From positions 1 through 18,604 of the forward strand of contig JBNKNM010000104.1 in assembly GCA_050293845.1 (NCBI GenBank): DNA of 18,604 nucleotides, given 5' to 3'. This DNA is from Pseudobacteriovorax sp. (GTDB lineage: Bacteria; Bdellovibrionota_B; Oligoflexia; Oligoflexales; Oligoflexaceae). The position numbers were made by a program, and so were the translations under genes. Each line of letters begins with the position of its first letter. The stretch's first letter is position 1. Shown here one piece after another: positions 1 through 9,072 of this stretch. The notes under the pieces are model-generated. The model saw nothing but the letters and a program-made list of their open reading frames with translations. It did not search any database and had not been told where the DNA came from.

Positions 1-495
1 TGTCAGATTGAGCGGCATGACTCATGTAAAAACCTCGCCATACTATCCACAGTCCAATGGCAAAATTGAGCGCTGGCATCGTGAAATGAAGATTACCTAT
101 CGTTCAAAGGAAGTAGCAAGCTTTGAACAAGCTAAAAAGGTGGTTAGGGATTTTGTTGACGAATATAACCATTACCGTCTTCATAGTGCCTTGGATTACA
201 CAACGCCATACGATCGCTATTTAGGCATCGATCGCGACCTAATTGTCGAGAGGAAAAGCAAGCTCCAAGCCGCAGCTAATAAGCGAGCTGAATACTGGCG
301 AGGTAAAGATCAGAATGGCCGTCTTGAAGCGTATGACGTCTGTCTTGCAGAAGTTGCATCTGTAGTTTAGGTGGAATTGGTCGATAAGTTGCCGTCATCA
401 TGTGTTGAACAAGAAGAACGCTTGCATAGATCTCACTTCTAGGCAATATTGTCACTTCCAATCGGAGATTGTTAGGTTCCCGTCCGACCATTACA
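1..495 (+). mobile_element. Right end of an insertion sequence; candidate right terminus ...GGTTCCCGTCCGACCATTACA at 495
   Basis: The transposase 3' end is followed by about 125 bp of non-coding DNA ending in ACA (TGT on the minus strand), matching the TG...CA ends of IS3/IS481 elements. The left IR is outside the window, so the exact end is unconfirmed. Confidence 0.5.
2..370 (+). CDS. IS3/IS481-type DDE transposase, C-terminal part of integrase core (5'-truncated by window)
   Basis: The frame is open from the window start. Motifs TSPYYPQSNGKIERWH (catalytic E region), YNHYRLHSALDYTTP and the tail ERKSKLQAA are typical of rve-type IS transposases. Confidence 0.9.
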   Translation, partial: VRLSGMTHVKTSPYYPQSNGKIERWHREMKITYRSKEVASFEQAKKVVRDFVDEYNHYRLHSALDYTTPYDRYLGIDRDLIVERKSKLQAAANKRAEYWRGKDQNGRLEAYDVCLAEVASVV

Positions 496-532
496 GAGCA
501 ATAGAATTTAATGACTCTATCCATTTTATGCT

Positions 533-1693
533 CTATAGTTGTAGTCCTAACCTTAAAGTATAAAATGACTGGTATAAACGTTTAGCGACCCACCCATATT
601 CACTATACAAATATCCACGATAAAACTCGCCCTCTAGAGATATATGAAATTCTTTAGCTTCCTGACCTTGGTATTGAACACCTAAAATGGTTAGAGAACT
701 ATTGTCATTAAGAGATTGATAAGCTCTAATAATGGGAGACCAAGGACTATTTATATGAGCAATCAAATTACAATACGCAAGATCGCGGCTTAACCATTGG
801 CTAGCTCCCCAAACAAAGCTATCTTCAGTACCTGGTTTTTTATGATCATAGTAATCATAACGATTGCTAGTGGTAATTGTTTCTCTACCTTGGTCGATAT
901 TGATTAGGTGATTCAGAGATTTCTTTGCAGTTAGTCCATGAGCATTGCGAATATACTCAAGATTTAGTGATAAAGGGATATTGTGAAATCCAATACGACT
1001 GCCTAGTAAACCGTCACTATAGTATCTATTATTTCTACCGCTATGATGAATATTGTATTCTAGATAGAGTACCATAAAGTCGAAGGGAGTTGAACTTAGA
1101 TTCTGACCTAAAAAATTTTGTCCTATCATGGCACGACTCTGTAACTTTTCACCTTCATAGTTAATTAGAAAATATGGTAGTATATGTTCTCGATCAGACT
1201 CATATATAGTTAATATACCAAGGGATAGTTCATCATTAACAAATCTTGATAGTTTAATAAGTTCAGATCCTTGATCAATAGTGAAAGGACCTTGTTCGTT
1301 CCGCATGGCTGCTCTTACAGCTTGCGAAGGATTCGTTGAGATACCAGAACCCATTCGAAAGGAATAACGCCCTATAATTAAACTCAAATTATCAGTTTCA
1401 TAGTTGAGAAATCCCTCTATTAGATCAGCATCACAGTAGTCTGTAGACTCGAAATCAATACGTGAAGCACATGTACCTCGGGTATTAACTTCACCTTGCC
1501 AGCTATCAATACTAATAACCGTCTTAAGCTGTAGTCCTATGGTATGCAGGCTTCTAGCTCTATCTTGCATTGTAGTAGTCCAATAACTACTAGTTGTATC
1601 TACAGATGGATAGATATCCATTGCAAGATCTTCTGCTAAACCTCGGATTGAGTACAAAATCAGAAAACTTAAAAAAACTATTCTGATTGTCAT
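533..1693 (-). CDS. Putative outer-membrane beta-barrel protein of the export module
   Basis: It has a Sec signal peptide (MTIRIVFLSFLILYSIRGLA|ED), many alternating aromatic/hydrophobic strands and a C-terminal amphipathic strand FYTLRLGLQL. It lies directly after the ABC/LolA-like genes. Confidence 0.65.
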   Translation of the reverse strand: MTIRIVFLSFLILYSIRGLAEDLAMDIYPSVDTTSSYWTTTMQDRARSLHTIGLQLKTVISIDSWQGEVNTRGTCASRIDFESTDYCDADLIEGFLNYETDNLSLIIGRYSFRMGSGISTNPSQAVRAAMRNEQGPFTIDQGSELIKLSRFVNDELSLGILTIYESDREHILPYFLINYEGEKLQSRAMIGQNFLGQNLSSTPFDFMVLYLEYNIHHSGRNNRYYSDGLLGSRIGFHNIPLSLNLEYIRNAHGLTAKKSLNHLINIDQGRETITTSNRYDYYDHKKPGTEDSFVWGASQWLSRDLAYCNLIAHINSPWSPIIRAYQSLNDNSSLTILGVQYQGQEAKEFHISLEGEFYRGYLYSEYGWVAKRLYQSFYTLRLGLQL

Positions 1694-3676
1694 CTATAGA
1701 TGATCCTTAGTGATAAGTTTAATTGCTCGAGCCAGTTTAGAGCGAGAAAAAAAGCTTTTTGGTCGGCTATCAGTATTTTTCACCCCAAGGAAACTCACCT
1801 TAGTTTGTTTTTTGTCGTTAATGGCATCTATTACTACAAGGTCGTCGATAATTTTGTCTTGGTCTGTGTATAGTGGTATTCCGCGTTTAATCATTTTTCC
1901 CGAAAGGGCGAAATATTGAATTTCTTGTAAACGTTGTTTTTTGATACTGTAGCTCAGATTGATTGCTCCATAACTGGCGTCTTTGCTGACACCTTTTAAC
2001 TTGATAATATGAAATTTACTGTCTGAAAAATATTCCACTATTTGGTAATCTATGCCATTAAATCTAACATCTAAAACATCTCCAATTGATGCTTCGCCAA
2101 CCAGTCTTTGAGTTGGAGAAATTCTTAAAGGCAAGCGGCTTCCTTCTTTTTGAATCCAAACACCCTTAGTAGTCCTTAGAACGGCCATCCGCTGACCTCT
2201 AGGTTCAGAGATAGCAACTGCAATTTTGTCGTAACCTTGAGAAAAAGAGCGATAGATAACACGATTTTTTTCCTTACCATCAACCGAGTGAAGAAATTCA
2301 ACATCTGCTAAGAACGAATTGTTCTTAGGATAAGGAAACTGTTCGTTAATGGTTGTCAGTAAGGTTTGACCCTGACTGTTGTTTGTTTGGCTTTTACCCT
2401 GACTGATACTTGGCAGGAGGACAAAACCTAAAACGGCTGTTTTTAGTAATAAATCTATGATTTTATGACGACTAGCGGAACGTACTGGAAATATACTTGC
2501 TAGGGCTGAGCTGAATATAGCGACTATCATAACGATGGAGACTCCCTTCAAATCAATAAAAAGTTTAAGATTATAGCCTTTGCTTGCTCCAGGTGGGGGA
2601 GGCATAGGAATACCGCCAATTAAGTCGATGATTCCAGCAATTGATAAAGCAATTGCAACACCAACAGTGGCTCCTAGAATGGCAAGTATGAAGGTTTCAT
2701 GGACAAACAGAGAACTAATAAAGCTTCTAAAGATGCCAATAGAACGAAGAATACCAATCTCATCATGACGCTCCATGATTGACATGTACAGGGTGTTTGA
2801 CATAGCTAATAGAGAAACCAGAAGCAGGATGCTAAGGAAAATCATAAAAAGCCTATCGTTGAGGTTTTTAACCCCTTGGTAAAAATCAGCAACTTGATAC
2901 CAAGGTTTTGCACTGTAGCCTTGATATTGGCTCATAATTAATGACAGATGATCCATGACCTCATCCGTGTCATCAGTCTTGTAAAGAGAAAGAGCTAAGT
3001 AATCGGCCTCCTTAGATTGAAGAGATTCTATAGCGGTGTTAAATGGAATGATAAGTCGGACTGCCTCCGCTTCCTTCGAACGTGACTCCAGAAGTCCTAA
3101 TATAGAAACATCAATGGCATTCATACGACCATCGTCTGTAGATACTAGTAGGGAAGCATATTCACCTATCTTAACATCTAAACGTTCCGCCATCCGTTTA
3201 CCGATTACAACGCCGTAGGGTTCTTCTTCAAGAATATTCTCACCTATATTGACTGGTGACCAACTGCTAAGGGATATTTGCCCTTCTGGGCCGACCCCTT
3301 CGGCAACGAAGACCGTACTGCTTTCACCTGTGCCAATGACTCCACTAAACTTTCGTTTGAGTGATGATCCTTCGATAAAAGGTTCCAGATTTGGATCAGC
3401 CAAAATCTTTCTTTCAATATCCTGAAGGGTTTTGATCGAGCTTCGATTTTTTTCTGGTGTACTGGAGCTGAACCATGATGATTGTGCAATTTGAACGTGA
3501 CCGTTCCCAGAACGAGAAAAATTTTCGCTTAGGCCCCAATAGGTGTATTGCATATAGCCATAAAAAATAAGAGAACCGAGGACACTTACACAAATAGAAA
3601 GAATCGTTATGATGCTTCGTTTTGGAGAACGGAGAAGATTTAGCCAAGCCATTTTAAGAAGAAATTTATAGATCAT
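1694..3676 (-). CDS. ABC permease (MacB/LolE/FtsX-type) fused to a C-terminal LolA-like 'outer membrane lipoprotein-sorting' domain
   Basis: N-terminus KMAWLNLLRSPKRS plus a TM helix, a periplasmic domain, ERHDEIGILRSIG and PMPPPPG mark the permease (about aa 1-410). The C-terminal ~230 aa carry RISPTQRLVGEASIGD and YFALSGKMIK, typical of the LolA-like sorting family. Confidence 0.8.
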   Translation of the reverse strand: MIYKFLLKMAWLNLLRSPKRSIITILSICVSVLGSLIFYGYMQYTYWGLSENFSRSGNGHVQIAQSSWFSSSTPEKNRSSIKTLQDIERKILADPNLEPFIEGSSLKRKFSGVIGTGESSTVFVAEGVGPEGQISLSSWSPVNIGENILEEEPYGVVIGKRMAERLDVKIGEYASLLVSTDDGRMNAIDVSILGLLESRSKEAEAVRLIIPFNTAIESLQSKEADYLALSLYKTDDTDEVMDHLSLIMSQYQGYSAKPWYQVADFYQGVKNLNDRLFMIFLSILLLVSLLAMSNTLYMSIMERHDEIGILRSIGIFRSFISSLFVHETFILAILGATVGVAIALSIAGIIDLIGGIPMPPPPGASKGYNLKLFIDLKGVSIVMIVAIFSSALASIFPVRSASRHKIIDLLLKTAVLGFVLLPSISQGKSQTNNSQGQTLLTTINEQFPYPKNNSFLADVEFLHSVDGKEKNRVIYRSFSQGYDKIAVAISEPRGQRMAVLRTTKGVWIQKEGSRLPLRISPTQRLVGEASIGDVLDVRFNGIDYQIVEYFSDSKFHIIKLKGVSKDASYGAINLSYSIKKQRLQEIQYFALSGKMIKRGIPLYTDQDKIIDDLVVIDAINDKKQTKVSFLGVKNTDSRPKSFFSRSKLARAIKLITKDHL

Positions 3677-4347
3677 AACTTGCCCTCCAATTGCCCATCG
3701 ATCATTCTTACTATACGGTGAGATCGTTGCGCAACATCCTGATCATGGGAAGATATAATAGCCATAATGTTTTGTTCATCGACAAGCTCCTGAAAAAGAT
3801 CCAGAACTGCTGTGGACGTTTTTGAATCCAAATTCGCAGTGGGTTCATCAGCAAATACTATTCGTGGTTTGTTCACCAGAGATCTAGCTATCGCAACCCT
3901 TTGCCTTTGTCCGCCACTAAGTTGGCTAATACGTCTTTTTTTAAACTCATTTAGACCAACACGATCCAATAGATGGGAAGCGTAATCTCGACTTGATTTG
4001 AGGTTACGACTTAAATATACCGCTGGAAGGGTAACATTCTCCATAACACTGAGTGTGGGAATCAGATGGTAAGACTGAAAAATAAAACCAAAGCATGAAA
4101 GTCTAAAGCGGCTTTTTGAATTTTCGTCTAAGTTATCAATCCGGTCTCCTTTGTAGTATATCTGTCCTGATTCGATAGGGTCGATTAGACCAAGACAGTG
4201 CAGGAGTGTGGACTTTCCTGAACCGCTTGGCCCCATTAAGGCTATCAATCCAGATTCATCGAAATGCGATGAAATTCCCTTCAATGCTTGAAAACTTTTT
4301 TCACCCAAATTATAGGATTTTTTTAGATTCTTAATCAAAAGTTCCAT
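3673..4347 (-). CDS. ABC transporter ATP-binding protein (LolD/MacB-like)
   Basis: Walker A GPSGSGKST, Q-loop GFIFQSYHL, signature LSGGQRQRVAIAR, Walker B FADEPTANLD and H-loop SHD. Confidence 0.95.
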   Translation of the reverse strand: MELLIKNLKKSYNLGEKSFQALKGISSHFDESGLIALMGPSGSGKSTLLHCLGLIDPIESGQIYYKGDRIDNLDENSKSRFRLSCFGFIFQSYHLIPTLSVMENVTLPAVYLSRNLKSSRDYASHLLDRVGLNEFKKRRISQLSGGQRQRVAIARSLVNKPRIVFADEPTANLDSKTSTAVLDLFQELVDEQNIMAIISSHDQDVAQRSHRIVRMIDGQLEGKL

Positions 4348-4350
4348 AGT

Positions 4351-4920
4351 TTACCTATATAACCGATCTTTAGATGATTTTAAGGATTTATCAACTTGAT
4401 TTAATAGTTCCTTGAGTTTTGGATCTTGACTTAGCTCAGCTGACAGTGCTTCAGCTTGCTTTAGGCTTTCTTTTCCCCTAGTATTTTCGTTGATCATTGT
4501 TTTAGGAAGAAAAGAATAAGTTTTTACGAGGTTCTTTAAGCTTAGTAAATAGGAAATTCTATCGGAGCTTCTCTTAGTTTTACTAACACTTCGTTCTAAT
4601 AGAGATTTTGACTTCTTAAAATTTTTGGCCTGTTCTTTTTCTGATTGAACAAATACATTTTGCATACTTAACATTACTCCTAGATAGCTTTGAAATAAGA
4701 CGCAACCAGAATTTTTATATGAAGTTCTCAGTTCTGAGATGTACTTATGGATTAGATCTAGGCTAGATTTTGGGCTTTTTTGTTGAAAGATATCGCTGCT
4801 ATTTTTTGCTAAATCCTGTTCCAAAATGTCCGGCTTGGGGCAAGTTTTGGAAATTCCGTAGCTTGACGCTGTCGAAAACGCAAAATAAAGAATAAAGGAA
4901 TGAATTACTCTAGAAACCAT
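4351..4920 (-). CDS. Hypothetical exported, mainly alpha-helical basic protein
   Basis: Strong RBS AAGGAGG, an N-terminal signal-like segment (MVSRVIHSFILYFAFSTASSYG) and Lys/Ser/Leu-rich amphipathic helices. No family recognised. Confidence 0.6.
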   Translation of the reverse strand: MVSRVIHSFILYFAFSTASSYGISKTCPKPDILEQDLAKNSSDIFQQKSPKSSLDLIHKYISELRTSYKNSGCVLFQSYLGVMLSMQNVFVQSEKEQAKNFKKSKSLLERSVSKTKRSSDRISYLLSLKNLVKTYSFLPKTMINENTRGKESLKQAEALSAELSQDPKLKELLNQVDKSLKSSKDRLYR

Positions 4921-4933
4921 TTAAACCTCCTTG

Positions 4934-6283
4934 CTATTTATTACTTAAATTTAATAGATTGATTTCTTTAACAACCTTCCGAAATAAAATCAAAACGGTG
5001 ATAGCAAATCCAAAATTCATACCGACCCATAATCCTCTGACTCCCATGTTAAGCATAAATGCGAAGACAAACTGGCTTAGCCCACCAAACAAACCATAGC
5101 CAATAAAGGCTTGATAAAGAGGAGCACGTGTTTGCCCGATACCTCTGAGAATCGCTGCGAGAACGATTATAAGACTTTGAAAAAGACACAAGATCCCTGC
5201 ATGGATCATAATAAAAGGAACCATATTTCGTACTTCATTAGAGTCAATAGTCCTTTGGTAAAATAAATTTACAACGTCGAAGGGATAAAGAGAAAACAGG
5301 ATTACAAGAAAAAGAGAAAAACCAAGTGTTATAACTAAAGCCGCTAGGCAGTTTTTACGAGCTCCCACAAAGTTTTCTTGGGACCAAAGTATACTCATCT
5401 TTTGAACTATAGCCTGCGACACACCAAGTGCAACCAGTAGCCCAATACTTATCCAAAGGAGGGCAATGGATTGGATTGACGTAAATTGGGGCCAAAATTT
5501 ACTAATAATTAACAGCGATAGGAGGATTGCGAAGTTTTCAATAAGAATTACGCCACTGATAGGCCAACCAAGTGCAATAATCTTTTGAAGTTGATCAAAG
5601 GAAATAGCTTGAACAATAGTTTTCGGCATTGGTAAAGCGAATTTAGTGCGAAAAGCAAAAGGTAGGGCTAAAAAAAGTACTAAAGTGTTAGCTGCAGCCA
5701 CTGCGAGTAGAATGGTCTGAGTTTTTTCTAATGAGTTCAACTGATTTAATGAGATAATGTAGTAACATAGGGCTACACCAGATAGGGAACCCATGGAGAA
5801 CAGCATGGATAATAGTCCTGCTCGTTCGTGCAGGACGAGATGAATCTTAATGGGAGTTAAGAGCAAGGTGGGAATGATAAGAACGGCTATACAAGGAGCA
5901 AGCTCCTTAGCTAAGTAGATAATTTTGGGATCAATACCTATAGCTTGCAAAATGTGACCTGAAAAGAACAGAATTCCAGATAAAACGAGCGCTAAAAATA
6001 AGGCAAGGCCAATTCCATTAGCAATACTTTTTTCATATTGCTTTTGATCTTTTCGACCAAAATCTCTCCCCCCAAAGAAGAAGAGGGCTTGCATCATCCC
6101 TGTTCCACCTAGGATAGCGGCAAAGCCCAATTTATCTAACAGACCGAACGCGCTGTAAGTATCCAAAGCTCCAATAAGTCTATGGATAATAAATCCCAGG
6201 AAAAACGGAGCAAGTTGGGCAAAGGTCAGCCACATAGATTGTATGCCTAGGGAATAAACATATTTAACGCCAGAAAGAACCAT
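4934..6283 (-). CDS. MATE family efflux transporter
   Basis: About 12 hydrophobic segments with MATE-like motifs LGWPISG, AILRGIGQT and MGVRGLWVG. The start is probably ATG 6283, preceded by AGGTG; the ORF track uses GTG 6292. Confidence 0.85.
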   Translation of the reverse strand: MVLSGVKYVYSLGIQSMWLTFAQLAPFFLGFIIHRLIGALDTYSAFGLLDKLGFAAILGGTGMMQALFFFGGRDFGRKDQKQYEKSIANGIGLALFLALVLSGILFFSGHILQAIGIDPKIIYLAKELAPCIAVLIIPTLLLTPIKIHLVLHERAGLLSMLFSMGSLSGVALCYYIISLNQLNSLEKTQTILLAVAAANTLVLFLALPFAFRTKFALPMPKTIVQAISFDQLQKIIALGWPISGVILIENFAILLSLLIISKFWPQFTSIQSIALLWISIGLLVALGVSQAIVQKMSILWSQENFVGARKNCLAALVITLGFSLFLVILFSLYPFDVVNLFYQRTIDSNEVRNMVPFIMIHAGILCLFQSLIIVLAAILRGIGQTRAPLYQAFIGYGLFGGLSQFVFAFMLNMGVRGLWVGMNFGFAITVLILFRKVVKEINLLNLSNK

Positions 6284-6292
6284 GTTTTGCAC

Positions 6293-7510
6293 CTACAAAA
6301 GAAATTCATTGACTTCTGGATGGCTTAGGAACCCACTTGGACTTGACGTTTTACCATAAGCCCCGGATTGAAAGATTATAATTTTGTCCCCAATTTCCAG
6401 TTCAGGCAGTAATATATCAGAAGCGAAGATATCCAATGGAGTACATAGTAAACCCGTGACTCGATAGGATCTTTCTGCACCTGTTTTTCCAAGAACTTTA
6501 ATGGGGAAGTTACGACGAATGACCTGCCCAAAATTGCCTGTAGCTAGTAGGTGATGATGCAGTCCTCCATTAGTAATGACAAAGTTGATTCCACCAGAGG
6601 TTTTAAGGTCTACAACATCACACACATAGATTCCTGCTTCACCTACAAGAAAGCGACCAAGTTCCAGAGCTAGTATCGTATCATCAAAATCCTTTCTTGC
6701 TTTTTCTGCAAGATCATTCATTTTAGCTTTAATCAAAGGTAGATCGATAGCCTTATCGTTTGTATAGTATGGAATACCCAGGCCACCACCCAAATTAACC
6801 TTTTTCATGGGTAGCTGATATTTTTGAGATAAGCTTCGTGCCAGCTCGTAGGACTGTTCCTGAACACTAGTTATTTGTTTAGCATCTAGATTTTGAGAAC
6901 CTGAAAAAAGATGTAATCCTTTGAAGTCAAGTTGGTAGTCTTTAATTGTTTGCACAAGTTCAGGGACTTGTTCCCAATCGATACCGAATTGCCGTGGGGA
7001 TCCTCCCATCTTGAGTCCAAATCCCTTGGTTTCGAAGGGGACGTTAATACGCAATGCGATCGGGCAAGGAAAACCTAGCTCTTCACTAATGTCTCTTAGC
7101 ATCCCTAACTCTCTCGCACTTTCGATGTTCACAGTGGCTCTAACCATGGCAGCTGCACGAAGTTCCTGTTGCGACTTTCCTGGTCCAGCCATAGATACGT
7201 GTTCGGGATTTATTCCGGTATTTAAAGCTAAATTCAACTCTTTTCCTGAAGCTAAATCGAAACCGTCGGTTATCTGTGACATGAGTTCTACTAAATGCAC
7301 ATTGGGGTTTGCTTTTATCGCAAAGTGAATCTTGATGGAGTCATCTAAGTTTTCTTTTATAGCACTCATACGATTTCGGATCAAATTTCGATAAATCACG
7401 TAAGATGGGCCATCAAATCGTTCAAGGTTTAGGTTTAGAGGAAGCCCCTTGTGTTTCATATTTATATCATTATGGTATAGCTCTAAGGCAGTTTGGAACC
7501 TACTTTTCAT
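6293..7510 (-). CDS. Fold-type III PLP-dependent decarboxylase (LysA/BtrK/VinO-like; resembles the 'exosortase A system-associated' decarboxylase family)
   Basis: PLP Lys motif HFAIKANP, plus HLFSGSQ, NLGGGLG, ELGRFLVGEAG, GGLHHHL, GLLCTPLD and GAYG. Confidence 0.9.
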   Translation of the reverse strand: MKSRFQTALELYHNDINMKHKGLPLNLNLERFDGPSYVIYRNLIRNRMSAIKENLDDSIKIHFAIKANPNVHLVELMSQITDGFDLASGKELNLALNTGINPEHVSMAGPGKSQQELRAAAMVRATVNIESARELGMLRDISEELGFPCPIALRINVPFETKGFGLKMGGSPRQFGIDWEQVPELVQTIKDYQLDFKGLHLFSGSQNLDAKQITSVQEQSYELARSLSQKYQLPMKKVNLGGGLGIPYYTNDKAIDLPLIKAKMNDLAEKARKDFDDTILALELGRFLVGEAGIYVCDVVDLKTSGGINFVITNGGLHHHLLATGNFGQVIRRNFPIKVLGKTGAERSYRVTGLLCTPLDIFASDILLPELEIGDKIIIFQSGAYGKTSSPSGFLSHPEVNEFLL

Positions 7511-9072
7511 AATTGGCTCTCCAAATTTGCTGTTTTAAGCAATGCTCTGTCAAGCTTACCATTGCTGTTTTTTGGCAATTTCTTAGATGTCAGGTACACC
7601 TCATGAGGAATCATATAAGCGGGCATCTTCTCCCGGCAATAATTTAGAATGTCTCTTTTCGTTTTGGTATCATTAGCGCCATTATTTGCATAGCAAATTA
7701 TTTCAATTCGTTGCCCTAACTTTTGATCCTCCACTCCTATAGCAACTACTTCTTGAACCAACTTCGATTTGTAAACCGACTCTTCAATTTCCTCTGGCGA
7801 GATACGATAGCCTGAGGTTTTAATCATACCGTCTAGGCGTCCGACGAAGAATAGATAACCTTCCTTGTCTCGGTACACTTGATCACCCGAAAAAACTACT
7901 TTCTCATTGAAATTTTCATACCCTTTTACAATAGAAAGATCCCTGAAACGAAAGGCCGTTTTTTGGGGGTTACGCCAGTATCCTTGGCTTACTAGCCGCC
8001 CTCTATGAACGAGTTCCCCAATCTCATAATCTTCACAAATCTCGTTCCTCGCATTAACAACTAATATTTCTTCTCCAGGAATTCCTTTACCAATAGATTC
8101 AGGCCTAAGTTCCACCTGCTCAGGGACTAAGTAGGTAGAACGGAAGGCTTCAGTTAGCCCATACATTAGGTAGGGCTTCGTAGAGGGAAAAAGCTGTCGC
8201 AAGGTAGTTAGAATTGGTACTGGAAGCTTGCCTCCCGTGTTGGCGAAATATCGCAAGCATTGCGTTGCTCTTTCGGGTATTGTAGTTGAACTGAGAGCCA
8301 TATATATTGGTGGCACTGCGGTTAAACCTGTAATCTTATACTCGATAAGTGCTGCCATCAGTTGGGGACCAGTAAGAAAATCGAATAGAATCAATTCCGC
8401 ACCTACTAGCAACGATGTCGTGATTTGAGAAAACCCTGCATCAAAGGAAAATGGAAGGGCTGCCAGAATTTTATCATCCCTATGATTATTTAGATAAGAA
8501 GCAACACATTTTGCTCCTGTTATAAGGTTTCTATGGGTTATCATCACTCCCTTTGGTTTACCAGTAGATCCTGATGTATAAAATAAGGCTGCAAGATCTG
8601 TTTCTACGATATCCGTAGGGTAGGAGTGAATCTCACCATCGACTGGATTACTTTTTTCTAAAAACAACTGTCTTCCAACTACAAGAGTCTCGCAGTTTCC
8701 AATATTATCTCTAAAATCTTGTCCTAATATCACTAATTTACTCTGTGATACAATGAGTGCAGAACTGTTGCTATCCTTAATGATTTGCAGTACCTGGTCA
8801 GATTTAAGGTTAGGATTAACAGGAATAAATACTAGACCTAGCCGGCTAGCTGCTAGAACTGACACAATAAAGTCAAAGCTCTTCGGTAATAGAATTGCAA
8901 CCCGAGACCCTTTACTATAATTTTTACTACGTAACTGTTCCATAAAATTCTTAACAGCGCGTTCTAGCTCTCCGTAGCTGAATGAGTGTTCTCGATCCCT
9001 GATAGCTACATTTTCTTTATGTGTAGCCAAGTGGTCTTCGTAAATTTGATGAAGAAGAAGTGGAGTACTCAT
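7507..9072 (-). CDS. Stand-alone adenylate-forming enzyme (AMP-binding; probably an amino acid:carrier protein ligase)
   Basis: Motifs YTSGSTGKPKG (A3), LPFSFDAG (A4-like with Asp), MYGLTEAFRST (A5), SGD (A7), GRLDGMIKTSGYRISP (A8) and LPKNSNGKLDR (A10). Confidence 0.92.
   Translation of the reverse strand: MSTPLLLHQIYEDHLATHKENVAIRDREHSFSYGELERAVKNFMEQLRSKNYSKGSRVAILLPKSFDFIVSVLAASRLGLVFIPVNPNLKSDQVLQIIKDSNSSALIVSQSKLVILGQDFRDNIGNCETLVVGRQLFLEKSNPVDGEIHSYPTDIVETDLAALFYTSGSTGKPKGVMITHRNLITGAKCVASYLNNHRDDKILAALPFSFDAGFSQITTSLLVGAELILFDFLTGPQLMAALIEYKITGLTAVPPIYMALSSTTIPERATQCLRYFANTGGKLPVPILTTLRQLFPSTKPYLMYGLTEAFRSTYLVPEQVELRPESIGKGIPGEEILVVNARNEICEDYEIGELVHRGRLVSQGYWRNPQKTAFRFRDLSIVKGYENFNEKVVFSGDQVYRDKEGYLFFVGRLDGMIKTSGYRISPEEIEESVYKSKLVQEVVAIGVEDQKLGQRIEIICYANNGANDTKTKRDILNYCREKMPAYMIPHEVYLTSKKLPKNSNGKLDRALLKTANLESQL

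Noticed and set aside
276..524. 82-aa minus-strand ORF after the operon
   Set aside because: It overlaps the transposase antisense and spans the probable IS end, with no recognisable motifs. Likely spurious.
1694..4347. Calling the ABC genes housekeeping lolCDE/lolA
   Set aside because: A single fused permease, the PPPPG subfamily motif and the BGC context point to a dedicated exporter, so no gene symbol was assigned.
6293..7510. Calling this gene housekeeping lysA
   Set aside because: It shares the fold, but the HLFSGSQ and GGLHHHL motifs and coupling to an adenylation enzyme in an ACP cluster fit the BtrK/VinO-like subgroup better.
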